Positions 1 to 9,221 of a DNA stretch of 64,000 nt are shown piece after piece. The notes beneath the pieces were generated by a model. The model made no database searches, was not told the origin of the DNA, and saw only the letters and a program-made list of their open reading frames with translations. Numbering within the stretch: position 1 is the first letter of the stretch; every line of letters starts with the position of its first letter. Source of the DNA: a virus; the IMG/VR virus record IMGVR_UViG_3300032236_000552, positions 35,865-99,864 of that record. The stretch is one strand, 5' to 3'. A program made the translations under genes and the position numbers.

Positions 1-2
1 TC

Positions 3-410
3 GACAACGTATTTGGCGTTGACCACATTCTCAATCAGGCATCGGACACCGTCATCACTGACGACCCTGTCGGTGAGTTACTTCGACAGTTGAACACAGG
101 CGACGCCATTGGCATCGTATGGAATGACGAGATTGAAGAACACCACGTTGTCCATTCGGTAGAAGACCTAGCGTTGGACACATGGGACATTACTGAAGGA
201 CTCGATAAGATTCAGATTGACGATGACTTCAATGACTTAGGTAGCGATGAGTTGCACGACGCTCTTATGAAGCACCTCGGCATGTTCGTCGATTTGCTGG
301 CAGCGTTCGTGGCTTCTACTGTGATGGAGTCGCTCTCGCAGGCAGTAGCCGAGCACCTTGCTAACGAAATAGGCAAAAAGGACATTTTCCCCAAGCGAGA
401 TGATGAGTAG
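3..410 (+). CDS. Hypothetical acidic protein, 5'-truncated at window edge
   Basis: The frame of ORF 90..410 is open back to position 3; no recognisable motif. Confidence 0.6.
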   Translation, partial: DNVFGVDHILNQASDTVITDDPVGELLRQLNTGDAIGIVWNDEIEEHHVVHSVEDLALDTWDITEGLDKIQIDDDFNDLGSDELHDALMKHLGMFVDLLAAFVASTVMESLSQAVAEHLANEIGKKDIFPKRDDE

Positions 411-419
411 ACTGCTCCC

Positions 420-1382
420 GTGAAAATACCTGTAGAAGCCTATTCCGCCAACCTTACGGATTACCAGTTCCGACTACTGGCTGTTTTATGCCATTTAGCG
501 GGCGCCAGAGGCCCTGTAAAGGCTTCAGCAGCCGAGTTGGGTATACAGACTGGCAATGTGCATGAGAAGACGGTTCGTAGAGGCCTCAAAGCCCTTGAGG
601 AGGCTGGCTTCATTAAGCGCACTCCTACCAAGAAGGCTGGCGGTATGCGAGGCGTTGACCGTGTGGACATTTGTGTCCAGGCGGTAGGGGACGCTAATGT
701 CCGCACAACAGGTGATAAGGTGACTAATAGTTACAGTAGCCAAATAGTAGATAAGCCATTAGTACCTAATAGCCAAGATAGTTATAAATTAAAAGAATCT
801 GAAACCGAAGGTTTCACAAAGGAGATTAAGGTTCCTATGAGAAAATGGGAAGATGATGGAGACGATTTGGCGGGCTTTGGACTTGTCGAGGAGCGAGACG
901 CACCACAGCCAAAGATTCGTAAGTCAGACCCCAAGACTCGTGGAAAGCGACCAGAGCACGAGTGGACAGCGATGGACGTTGCTGCTGAGTTTAGTTACCA
1001 AGTTGGCAGGAAGTACCCGCTACTTCCAGGAACTGTCAATGTCAAGGAACTATCAGGAGCGCTCCGCAAGTTCCGAACACAGTACGGAACAACCCCGCTC
1101 GTAGAGTTAGAACTGCTCCGCCTGTTCATGCAGGACGAGCGTAACTTCCGTGACATCGGGGATGAAGCCCCTCACCTTTACAAGAAGTACCTTGCCTCCT
1201 TTGGCAAGAAGATGAACCAAGCACGGGAGAACCTTGGACTGAACAAGGTCACTGCGAAAGTTGAAACTGCCCAGACATCTGATAGGCTCGTTGCTAGCGA
1301 TGGTCGTTCATTCCAGAACTCGCTGTCTGGACGTGCACAACTAAAGCGGCACGAAGAACGATTAAAGGGCGTTAACAAATGA
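420..1382 (+). CDS. Winged-HTH DNA-binding protein, probable replication initiator
   Basis: N-terminal wHTH (SAAELGIQTGNVHEKTVRRGLKALEEAGFIKR), low-complexity linker, lies upstream of DnaC-like loader and DnaB. Confidence 0.65.
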   Translation: MKIPVEAYSANLTDYQFRLLAVLCHLAGARGPVKASAAELGIQTGNVHEKTVRRGLKALEEAGFIKRTPTKKAGGMRGVDRVDICVQAVGDANVRTTGDKVTNSYSSQIVDKPLVPNSQDSYKLKESETEGFTKEIKVPMRKWEDDGDDLAGFGLVEERDAPQPKIRKSDPKTRGKRPEHEWTAMDVAAEFSYQVGRKYPLLPGTVNVKELSGALRKFRTQYGTTPLVELELLRLFMQDERNFRDIGDEAPHLYKKYLASFGKKMNQARENLGLNKVTAKVETAQTSDRLVASDGRSFQNSLSGRAQLKRHEERLKGVNK

Positions 1383-1519
1383 CAGAAGATGAACTCAACG
1401 AAGCACTGACGACTTTGTTAGACCTTGGTCTTATCAGTGTAGAGTACGACGAGAATCTTGAAGCACACTTCTCTCTAACTGAAGAGGGAATTCAAGAAGC
1501 AAAAAGAAGGGGAATGTAA
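1379..1519 (+). CDS. Small hypothetical protein (46 aa, MTEDELNEAL...)
   Basis: ATGA overlap with upstream stop; read by hand, below ORF-track cutoff. Confidence 0.55.
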   Translation: MTEDELNEALTTLLDLGLISVEYDENLEAHFSLTEEGIQEAKRRGM

Positions 1520-1598
1520 TGAGATTAATTCTCGGCATAGTAATCGTGGTAATCAGTACTGCGACTAGTGCAAACATCATCCTAGGAGGATATAAAAA

Positions 1599-1877
1599 AT
1601 GGCAAAGAAAGTAACTTACTCTGTCGATGCCCAAGCCCGTAAGAACACCGAAAAGGGTGGAGCATGGCTTGCGACATTTACACTTCGTAACGAAGACGAA
1701 CAAGAAGTAGTCTTCGAAACAACTACTGCGTGGACAAATGCTAATGCTTGCAAGCGTTGGTTGAAGTCGGTAGTTGTAGAACGCACCACACGCAAGAGCA
1801 TCAAGATGTCTGTAACCGCTACAGACGCAAACGACAAGGCAACAGTTGTTGTAGGAACATTGGTATTCAAATCATGA
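1599..1877 (+). CDS. Hypothetical protein
   Basis: Strong SD AGGAGG upstream; 92 aa ORF. Confidence 0.7.
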   Translation: MAKKVTYSVDAQARKNTEKGGAWLATFTLRNEDEQEVVFETTTAWTNANACKRWLKSVVVERTTRKSIKMSVTATDANDKATVVVGTLVFKS

Positions 1878-2011
1878 GACTCGTATATCCAACAGACAAT
1901 AAGTTTCTCCGTTTCCTCGGAGACGTACTCCTTACCTTCGGTTCTTGGTTAGTAACCAAGGGCGAGAAGTGGGGCGGACTCTACGAACTAGAACTCGGTG
2001 ACGACGAATAA

Positions 2012-2734
2012 ATGTACGACATCAATGAGTTGTCTCCTCTCAAGAAGTCATGGTTACTCCGTACTTCTAACATCCCACGTCGATTCCTCGGACTAGAACC
2101 ACAGGACATTATTGACCGTGCTGGTTCTTTCCCTAGAGAGGTCAGTGACTGGATTGAGGACGTTGCCAACAAGCAAGTTATCAAGCAGATTGGTCACATC
2201 GGTACAAACGGTGTTGGCTTGTTGTTTGATGGCGGCCCTGGCATTGGAAAGACAACTCATGCTGTTGTGGCAGCGATGGAGATAATCCGTCACCTGCCAG
2301 AGGACGAGGCCCTAGCCAGCAATGTGCTGGGGCTAAATCCCAAAGACTTTGGACTCAAGATGCGTCCTGTGTATTACATGACCTATCCAGAGTTCCTCTC
2401 CAAAAAGAAGTCCACCTTCGATATGGAAGGCGAGGACAAGCGAGAGATGATGTACGAATTGGACGGTCTTCACGGTCGCTCTAAGTTTGACTGGCTTAAT
2501 GTGCGTGTCTTGGTTATTGATGACCTGGGCAAGGAATATGGTTCTAAATACGACGATACTTCTTTTGACGAGATTTTGCGCCTTCGCTATGACAAAGGCC
2601 TTCCGACTATCGTTACCACCAACGTGCGCCTAGAAAATTGGGAAGCACAATACGGAGAAGCCATGGGCAGTTTCGCCAATGAAGCCTTCGTTAGAGTTCC
2701 TATAATTGGTTCAGACCTACGTGGTGCACAGTGA
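2012..2734 (+). CDS. DnaC/IstB-like AAA+ ATPase (helicase loader)
   Basis: Walker A GGPGIGKT, Walker B VLVIDDLGKE, LPTIVTTN motif. Confidence 0.85.
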   Translation: MYDINELSPLKKSWLLRTSNIPRRFLGLEPQDIIDRAGSFPREVSDWIEDVANKQVIKQIGHIGTNGVGLLFDGGPGIGKTTHAVVAAMEIIRHLPEDEALASNVLGLNPKDFGLKMRPVYYMTYPEFLSKKKSTFDMEGEDKREMMYELDGLHGRSKFDWLNVRVLVIDDLGKEYGSKYDDTSFDEILRLRYDKGLPTIVTTNVRLENWEAQYGEAMGSFANEAFVRVPIIGSDLRGAQ

Positions 2735-3039
2735 AAGGACAACCCATGACAACACCGTGGCGAACGGTGCAGCAGTTTATCTCTGCACAGGGCGTGGGAG
2801 TCTTTGACGTAGAAGTCGATACTGAAACAAAAGACACCCGATGCAACTGCCCCGTGTACGACAAGCAGGGTTCATGTAAGCACGTGCGGTATGTCAATAT
2901 GAAGATTAAGCATAATGAAGGTCATTACTCCATCATGGTTCCTAATGAGGTGCCAGAGGAGATGGCTGCAGATGCTCACGATGACCCTGAGAAGTTCCGT
3001 GAGTTCGTTGTTAAATATGCAAAGATAGAAGTCCTATGA
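2731..3039 (+). CDS. SWIM-type zinc finger protein
   Basis: CNCP-x7-CKH pattern. Confidence 0.7.
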   Translation: MKGQPMTTPWRTVQQFISAQGVGVFDVEVDTETKDTRCNCPVYDKQGSCKHVRYVNMKIKHNEGHYSIMVPNEVPEEMAADAHDDPEKFREFVVKYAKIEVL

Positions 3040-3452
3040 AAGGCGGGGACATCTCGAATGTCTCCTCACCACAGGCCATCGTTGTTACAGACGTCATCGT
3101 TGGATTAAAGACGATTGAAGAGCGGGTCATTCTCAAAAAGAAGATTACTCATACCATTGGTGAACTAGACAAACTATCTGCAAACAAGTTGTGGGTTCTT
3201 TCCAACAACTACGGACTTTCTTTAGAACTTGCTGGCTTTGAAGAAGAAGGCTGGACAGAAGAGTTACTAGACAAAGCGTTCAGTAAGTTAGAGCGTCAAG
3301 TTGTCAACCCGTTCAACTACTACCAGTTGTACGAGAACGTGGACGAGTTGGTAGGAGCACTGCCATATCGTGCTAATCTTAAGGCAGTAATAGATGTCCC
3401 AGGCCGAGTTGCCAGGTATGGGTCAGCGGGTGTAGAACTAGGCAATATCTAG
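3036..3452 (+). CDS. Hypothetical protein
   Basis: Translationally coupled ORF in replication operon. Confidence 0.65.
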   Translation: MKGGDISNVSSPQAIVVTDVIVGLKTIEERVILKKKITHTIGELDKLSANKLWVLSNNYGLSLELAGFEEEGWTEELLDKAFSKLERQVVNPFNYYQLYENVDELVGALPYRANLKAVIDVPGRVARYGSAGVELGNI

Positions 3453-3469
3453 TCCTTGAGGGAGGGCGT

Positions 3470-3586
3470 ATGTTTTCAGTAGCAAATACCAATTGTCCGA
3501 TGTGCCATGCTCACACGGTTGAAAGAATTTATGTAAATGGCAATTCGTATTTACAATGTCAGGCATGTGGAGAGCGGTGGAAATAA
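3470..3586 (+). CDS. Small zinc-ribbon protein (38 aa)
   Basis: SD GGAGG; CPMC...CQAC; abuts DnaB start. Confidence 0.6.
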   Translation: MFSVANTNCPMCHAHTVERIYVNGNSYLQCQACGERWK

Positions 3587-4834
3587 ATGGCAGCAGATAA
3601 CGAGCATCGTTTACTTAGCAAGATAATCAAGGACAGAGAATTAACTCCTGCCCTACAACGTGGTATCACCGATGCTTGGTTTCTGGATGATGACAATAAG
3701 CGTGTATGGAACTTTGTTCGCAATCATTACAGCGAGTACAGCGAAGTACCTACTGCCGTAACTGTTCTTGACCACTATCCCAATTACAAAGTCCTTAATG
3801 TAGAAGACAACATCGATTACTTGCTCGACACGATGGTGGACTTCCGCCGTCGCTTGCTTACTCGTCAGGGTTTAGAGGCTGCGGTTGAGCAACTACAACT
3901 CAACGAACATGAGTCAGCGCTTCTTGCTATGGAAGCGACCATCACCAAAGTTAACTCGCAAGGAGTTCTTGGTACTCATGAGATTGACCTCACAAAGAAC
4001 ACCGAGGAGCGCTACAAGGATTACCAATCAGTTCAGAACGAAGAGTTCTTAGGTATTCCTACAGGATTCAAAGACATTGACGAAGCAACTGCAGGACTGC
4101 AAGGCGGGCAGTTAGTTACCATCATTGCACCACCTAAGACTGGTAAGTCACAGGTAGCGTTGCAGGTAGCAATCAACACGCACCTGTTGGGCAAGACGCC
4201 TATGTTCCAATCATTCGAAATGAACAACCACGAACAGCAGCAGCGTCACGACGCTATGCGTGCACACATTGACCACGGACGTTTGCGTCGTGGAAAGTTA
4301 TTACCAGAAGAAGAAAACCGTTACATAGATATGCTGAACAAGATGGAGACAGAACACCCATTCCACCTTGTTGATGCCGTTAACGGAATCACGGTCTCTG
4401 CACTAGCAGCCAAGATTGAGCAGTTAAAGCCAGACATTGTTTTTGTAGACGGTGTGTACCTGATGATGGATGAACTATCTGGCGAGATGAATACACCAGC
4501 AGCGATTACCAACATCACTCGTGCACTCAAGCGGTTAGCCCAGCGCATTGACTTGCCTATCGTCATTACCACTCAGACGCTTTTGTGGAAGATGCGAGCA
4601 GGTAAGGTCACAGCAGACTCCATCGGTTACTCATCTTCGTTCTTCCAAGACTCGGACGTTATCTTGGGTCTAGAGCCTGTAGAAGAAGACGACACGGTTC
4701 GTTTGCTCAAGGTTGTTGCCTCCCGTAACTGCCCACCTAAAGAGACTTCTCTGACATGGCGTTGGGAGACAGGTTGCTTCCACGATGAAGCAGAGATGAT
4801 GAAGTGCCCTTACTGCTCTAACTGGGGACACTAA
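3587..4834 (+). CDS. dnaB: DnaB-like replicative helicase
   Basis: Walker A APPKTGKS, SFEM, IVFVDGVY, LKRLA, FQDSDVIL motifs. Confidence 0.92.
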   Translation: MAADNEHRLLSKIIKDRELTPALQRGITDAWFLDDDNKRVWNFVRNHYSEYSEVPTAVTVLDHYPNYKVLNVEDNIDYLLDTMVDFRRRLLTRQGLEAAVEQLQLNEHESALLAMEATITKVNSQGVLGTHEIDLTKNTEERYKDYQSVQNEEFLGIPTGFKDIDEATAGLQGGQLVTIIAPPKTGKSQVALQVAINTHLLGKTPMFQSFEMNNHEQQQRHDAMRAHIDHGRLRRGKLLPEEENRYIDMLNKMETEHPFHLVDAVNGITVSALAAKIEQLKPDIVFVDGVYLMMDELSGEMNTPAAITNITRALKRLAQRIDLPIVITTQTLLWKMRAGKVTADSIGYSSSFFQDSDVILGLEPVEEDDTVRLLKVVASRNCPPKETSLTWRWETGCFHDEAEMMKCPYCSNWGH

Positions 4835-5775
4835 TGGTTGATGTAGAGAAGGTTCTTCTTAACCTTGACATACCTCTCGTTGCCCAGCGAGGCGAAGAGG
4901 TTCAGGGTCTATGCCCTATGCACAAAAAGCGCACGGGTAAAGAAGACCACAATCCATCTTGGTGGATTAACTCTGTAACTGGAGCACACATTTGTTTCTC
5001 GTGTGGATACAAGGGAAACATATTTACGTTAGTCGCTGACCTGAAGGGCATTGATTACTTTGACGCTAAAGATTACGTCAATTCCAGTGCCGAACTAGAT
5101 GTAGACGTACTGTTAAGGCGTATCAGAGAGTTGCCACAGTACGTCTCTACTACCGAAGAACCGCTCGCAATGTCAGAAGCACGGTTAGCCGTGTTCACAG
5201 ACCCACCAGAAATCGAACTAAAGAAAAGGTTCATCAATGTCGAATCAGCAAAGCACCACGGAATTCTCTGGGACAATAACAATAGTGCATGGATACTCCC
5301 TATCCGTGACCCGAACGATTACTCTCTATGGGGATGGCAAGAAAAAGGAGCACGTGGTCGTTTCTTCAGAAACCAACCACAAGGTGTCAAAAAATCCAGA
5401 ACCGTCTTTGGTGTAGAAGTTATGAGTACGGAGACGCTGGTTGTTGTTGAGTCTCCACTTGATGTACCACGACTTGCTTCTGCTGGAGTAGAGGGTGCTA
5501 TCTCCACATACGGCGCACTGGTTAGTGAAGAGCAAGCAAAGATTATGCGCCGTGCAAAGAAGGTTATTGCAGCATTCGATAAAGATGATGCGGGGCGCCA
5601 TGCCAACGAACTTATGCGTGGGTTTGCCAGGAAGTACGGCATTGAGTTGTCCTTCTTTAACTACACGGACATAGATGTTAAAGACCCAGGTGATATGACT
5701 GCTGCAGAGATTGCTCGTGGCATAGAGACTGCTCGTGACATGATTTACGGTAAAGCCGCATACACATGGTCTTAG
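4834..5775 (+). CDS. dnaG: DNA primase (CHC2 zinc finger + TOPRIM)
   Basis: CPMH...CFSCG zinc finger; VVESPLD and FDKDDAG TOPRIM motifs; KDPGD. Confidence 0.9.
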   Translation: MVDVEKVLLNLDIPLVAQRGEEVQGLCPMHKKRTGKEDHNPSWWINSVTGAHICFSCGYKGNIFTLVADLKGIDYFDAKDYVNSSAELDVDVLLRRIRELPQYVSTTEEPLAMSEARLAVFTDPPEIELKKRFINVESAKHHGILWDNNNSAWILPIRDPNDYSLWGWQEKGARGRFFRNQPQGVKKSRTVFGVEVMSTETLVVVESPLDVPRLASAGVEGAISTYGALVSEEQAKIMRRAKKVIAAFDKDDAGRHANELMRGFARKYGIELSFFNYTDIDVKDPGDMTAAEIARGIETARDMIYGKAAYTWS

Positions 5776-5954
5776 ATGCTCGTGGTGTTCCCACCCATGC
5801 CTGCCCTAACTGTGGTCATTTAATATTCAAGATAAAAGCCATGTTCTCTAACTACGATATCGCCATGTGGTTTACTGACGCAGAATGCGATGACTGTGGG
5901 ACTTTGCTGACTGCACCCACACCAGTAGATGGGCCAGAGTTCAATGGCATTTAA
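5766..5954 (+). CDS. Small zinc-ribbon protein
   Basis: CPNCG...CDDCG. Confidence 0.65.
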   Translation: MVLDARGVPTHACPNCGHLIFKIKAMFSNYDIAMWFTDAECDDCGTLLTAPTPVDGPEFNGI

Positions 5955-7557
5955 GGGAACACTCAAGCCTTATCAGCCAGAGGCAGTAGACCGTATGGTT
6001 GAACGCAAAGCCATGCTTGTTGCTTATGAGATGGGCTTAGGCAAAACCTGTATGACCATCGCAGCCTTAGAGACTCTACGAGAGAACAAAGAGTTAGATG
6101 GACCAGTATTAGTCATTGCACTTTCTAGCCTGAAGTACCAGTGGGAAGCAGAGATAAAGAAGTTCAGTGACTCCACCACAACGGTTGTAGATGGTTCTCG
6201 TTCCAAGAGACTTGAGCAGTGGCAGATAGAAACTGATTACACAATCTGTAATTACGAGTCTGTTGTAAACGACTGGGAGTTCTTTGTTAACTCCCGCAAC
6301 TGGGGCGCCATCGTATGCGACGAGGCTACTGCCATTAAGAGTTTTCGTTCTAAGCGTTCTAAGAAAGTAAAGGAACTTGCTAGGAGTATCCCGATTAGAT
6401 TTGCACTGACAGGAACACCGATTGAAAATGGTCGTCCTGAAGAGGTGTACAGCATTATGCAGTTTGTCGATTCAAAGGTCCTTGGACGCTTTGATTTATT
6501 TGACCAAACCTTTATTGTACGTAACCACTTTGGTGGAGTTCAGCGTTACAGAAACTTGCCGATGTTCCACACAAAGATGAAAGAGTCGTCGGTACGCAAG
6601 ACTCAAAAAGACCCAGACGTGGCACCCTACTTGCCAGAGACTATCCACCTAGAACCTTTGAAGATTAAGTTTGACCGCAAGGCTAGTGACCTTTACTGGA
6701 AGATTGCCTCAGACTTACAGCAAGAACTATTAGAGGCGCAAGAACTATTGGGTTCTTCCTTTTCTCTTGAAGCGCACTATGGACAAGCACACCAAGCAGG
6801 AAGTCCTGCAGACATGATGCGTGGGTCAATTATGTCCAAGATAACTTCTTTAAGGATGTTGTGTGATTCCCCGATGTTATTAGTTGAAAGTTCAAATAAG
6901 TTTCATAATGGCTGGCAAGACGTAGACGGAGAGCAAGTCAACTTTGAAGGCTCTCGTGGTGGCAGTGCTTATGTGGCTGGCTTACGTGATGCGGGTCACC
7001 TTGATGGGATTACCAAGTCGCCAAAGTTGGAAGCCGTTATCGACTTTGTGGTTCAACACCTAGAGGTTGAGGAGACCCACAAGGTGGTTATCTTTACTTG
7101 CTACCTGGGTATGTTGCCATTAATCCAGGAAGCACTTAGTCAAAAGAAGATTGAGTCACGAACATATTCGGGCCTTATGGACGCAAAGTCTAAAGAAGAA
7201 GCCAAGGTTGAGTTCCAAACGTCTTTAGATGTACGGGTACTTATCTCCACTGATGCAGGCGGCTATGGCGTCGATTTGCCCCAAGCCAATCTTTTGGTAA
7301 ACTATGACTTGCCGTGGTCATCAGGCACAGCAGTTCAAAGAAACTCTCGAATTCGTCGGGCTTCCAGTACATGGAAAAGCGTTGTAATTCAAGACTTCTT
7401 GGTAGAGAAATCTATCGAAGAACGTCAGTACGAGATGCTACAACAGAAGAACGCTGTGGCTGATGCCGTGATGGACGGCACTGGCATTAACACCAAGGGC
7501 GGTGTTGACCTAACAGTAGGTAGTTTGCTAGGCTTTATACAGAACACAAGGGGGTAG
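5944..7557 (+). CDS. SNF2-family helicase/translocase
   Basis: EMGLGKT, CDEAT, LTGTPIEN, STDAGGYGVDL, QRNSRIRR motifs; probable start MAFKG at 5944. Confidence 0.9.
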   Translation: MAFKGTLKPYQPEAVDRMVERKAMLVAYEMGLGKTCMTIAALETLRENKELDGPVLVIALSSLKYQWEAEIKKFSDSTTTVVDGSRSKRLEQWQIETDYTICNYESVVNDWEFFVNSRNWGAIVCDEATAIKSFRSKRSKKVKELARSIPIRFALTGTPIENGRPEEVYSIMQFVDSKVLGRFDLFDQTFIVRNHFGGVQRYRNLPMFHTKMKESSVRKTQKDPDVAPYLPETIHLEPLKIKFDRKASDLYWKIASDLQQELLEAQELLGSSFSLEAHYGQAHQAGSPADMMRGSIMSKITSLRMLCDSPMLLVESSNKFHNGWQDVDGEQVNFEGSRGGSAYVAGLRDAGHLDGITKSPKLEAVIDFVVQHLEVEETHKVVIFTCYLGMLPLIQEALSQKKIESRTYSGLMDAKSKEEAKVEFQTSLDVRVLISTDAGGYGVDLPQANLLVNYDLPWSSGTAVQRNSRIRRASSTWKSVVIQDFLVEKSIEERQYEMLQQKNAVADAVMDGTGINTKGGVDLTVGSLLGFIQNTRG

Positions 7558-7560
7558 GGA

Positions 7561-8001
7561 ATGGCACGAGTAGCCAATACAGAAATCCGCAATGGTGATG
7601 AGAATGACCTCATCAATCAAGCAAAGCAATATTCATTTATCAAATCGCAATTAGATTATCTAGAGAAGCAACAGAAAGAACTTCGTGCAAAGTTGTTTGA
7701 AGTTCTTGATGAAAGCGGAGAACTAGATGACAAGGGCAATGTCATTGTAGAACTGCCACAAGAAGTTGATGGTTATGTTTCTATTGTTAAGCAACGTCGT
7801 GTATCTCGTAAGATTGATGAGACTGTTGCTGCAGATGTTATTGCTGAACATGGACTTGAAGATTCTCTTTACAAAACAATCAAGGTCATTGATGAAGATG
7901 CGTTGATGGCTGCTTTGTACGAAGATGTTTTGACTGAAGAAGAAATCGATAAGATGTACCCACAAACAATTACGTGGGCACTAATTTTGAGTAAGAAGTA
8001 A
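7561..8001 (+). CDS. Hypothetical coiled-coil protein
   Basis: 146 aa ORF in operon; heptad-like N-terminal half. Confidence 0.65.
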   Translation: MARVANTEIRNGDENDLINQAKQYSFIKSQLDYLEKQQKELRAKLFEVLDESGELDDKGNVIVELPQEVDGYVSIVKQRRVSRKIDETVAADVIAEHGLEDSLYKTIKVIDEDALMAALYEDVLTEEEIDKMYPQTITWALILSKK

Positions 8002-8002
8002 T

Positions 8003-8479
8003 ATGGCTGGTCTACGTAGCGACGATGAAATCGAGAAATCATTTGCTGACCTCGAATACATCCCTGGCTCTAAGAAGAAGCGTCGTGAGGCAGACCCAAA
8101 GGTTTCCCGTCGTAAGGCGGGAGAAAGCAATGGTTGGGATGAAAAGCCAATCATTAAAACATTAGGTGGAAAAGAAACAGAAGTCTTTACAATCGGTGCA
8201 TTAGCACACGCATTGGAAAAGTCGATTGTCTCTGTTCGCCTATGGGAGCGCAAGGGGTACATACCTCGTGCACCTTATCGACTTCGGGCTAAGACCGTAA
8301 AAGGTCAGAAGACTGGAGGAAATCGGGTGTACACCAGAGCGCTCATTGAGTCCGCTGTTGATGAATTCAACAGACGTGGCTTACTCGGTTCTGCTCGTGT
8401 AGAGTGGAACCAACACGAAGACCTTACAGAGGCTTTAGTAAAGCGCTGGAAGGACATCACATCCACCGAGAGCCAATAG
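8003..8479 (+). CDS. MerR-like HTH DNA-binding protein
   Basis: FTIGALAHALEKSIVSVRLWERKGYIP...RVYT MerR signature. Confidence 0.8.
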   Translation: MAGLRSDDEIEKSFADLEYIPGSKKKRREADPKVSRRKAGESNGWDEKPIIKTLGGKETEVFTIGALAHALEKSIVSVRLWERKGYIPRAPYRLRAKTVKGQKTGGNRVYTRALIESAVDEFNRRGLLGSARVEWNQHEDLTEALVKRWKDITSTESQ

Positions 8480-8501
8480 GCCTCATTACCGAAAGAAACA
8501 C

Positions 8502-9152
8502 ATGCCAATTACAAAACCGTCAGTTGATGCTGACACATATCTCACTGAAGACAGTGAGAACATCCAGCCAAAGGTTGGAACAACAGTGCAAGAAGGCTGG
8601 GATGCAGCCGAGTCACTTCTCAAGGTAGAAACATCAGAGTTCCCAACGGATTTCCGTTTCTCTGATGAACCACAACTTGTGAAGTTTTTGCAGGACCGTC
8701 CATTCGCAACATACGAGCAACATTGGATTGAACGCCCAAAGGGTAAGAAGTCCTTCGTTTGCATTGGCGATACCTGCCCACTTTGCGATGTCCTTGGCGA
8801 TAAGCCTCGTGGCAAGTTCGCATTCAACGTACTCGTACTTTCTGGTGACAACCAGGGTGTACAGGTACTCACAGCCCCTCCTTCACTCGCACGTCAAATC
8901 AAGAAGGCTCACGATGATGAGCGCAAGGGACCTCTTGATAAAGAGTTCTGGGAGATTTCTCGACTAGGCACAGGCCCAACAACGCAGTACACCCTCAACT
9001 TCGTTCGTGGTCGTGACCTTGCCGAGGAGTGGAAGTTGTCGCAAGACGACGTCAACGAACTCGTAGCGAATGCTGTTCCCTTCACAGCAGATGAAGTAGT
9101 ACGTGAGACCCCTCGCTCCGAACTATTAGAAATCGCTCGTTCGATAGCGTAA
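8502..9152 (+). CDS. Single-stranded DNA-binding protein (gp32-like)
   Basis: HW...CIGDTCPLCD zinc site, FAFNV, RLGTGPTTQY; directly upstream of PolA. Confidence 0.7.
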   Translation: MPITKPSVDADTYLTEDSENIQPKVGTTVQEGWDAAESLLKVETSEFPTDFRFSDEPQLVKFLQDRPFATYEQHWIERPKGKKSFVCIGDTCPLCDVLGDKPRGKFAFNVLVLSGDNQGVQVLTAPPSLARQIKKAHDDERKGPLDKEFWEISRLGTGPTTQYTLNFVRGRDLAEEWKLSQDDVNELVANAVPFTADEVVRETPRSELLEIARSIA

Positions 9153-9168
9153 GTACTTCCACAGTAGG

Positions 9169-9198
9169 AGAGGCCTGTTTTCCGTTTCCAGGCCTCTC
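9169..9198 (+). terminator. Hairpin after ssb
   Basis: GAGAGGCCTG...CAGGCCTCTC inverted repeat; weak U tract. Confidence 0.45.
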
Positions 9199-9221
9199 TT
9201 ACACAACCAGAGGGGTTATAC

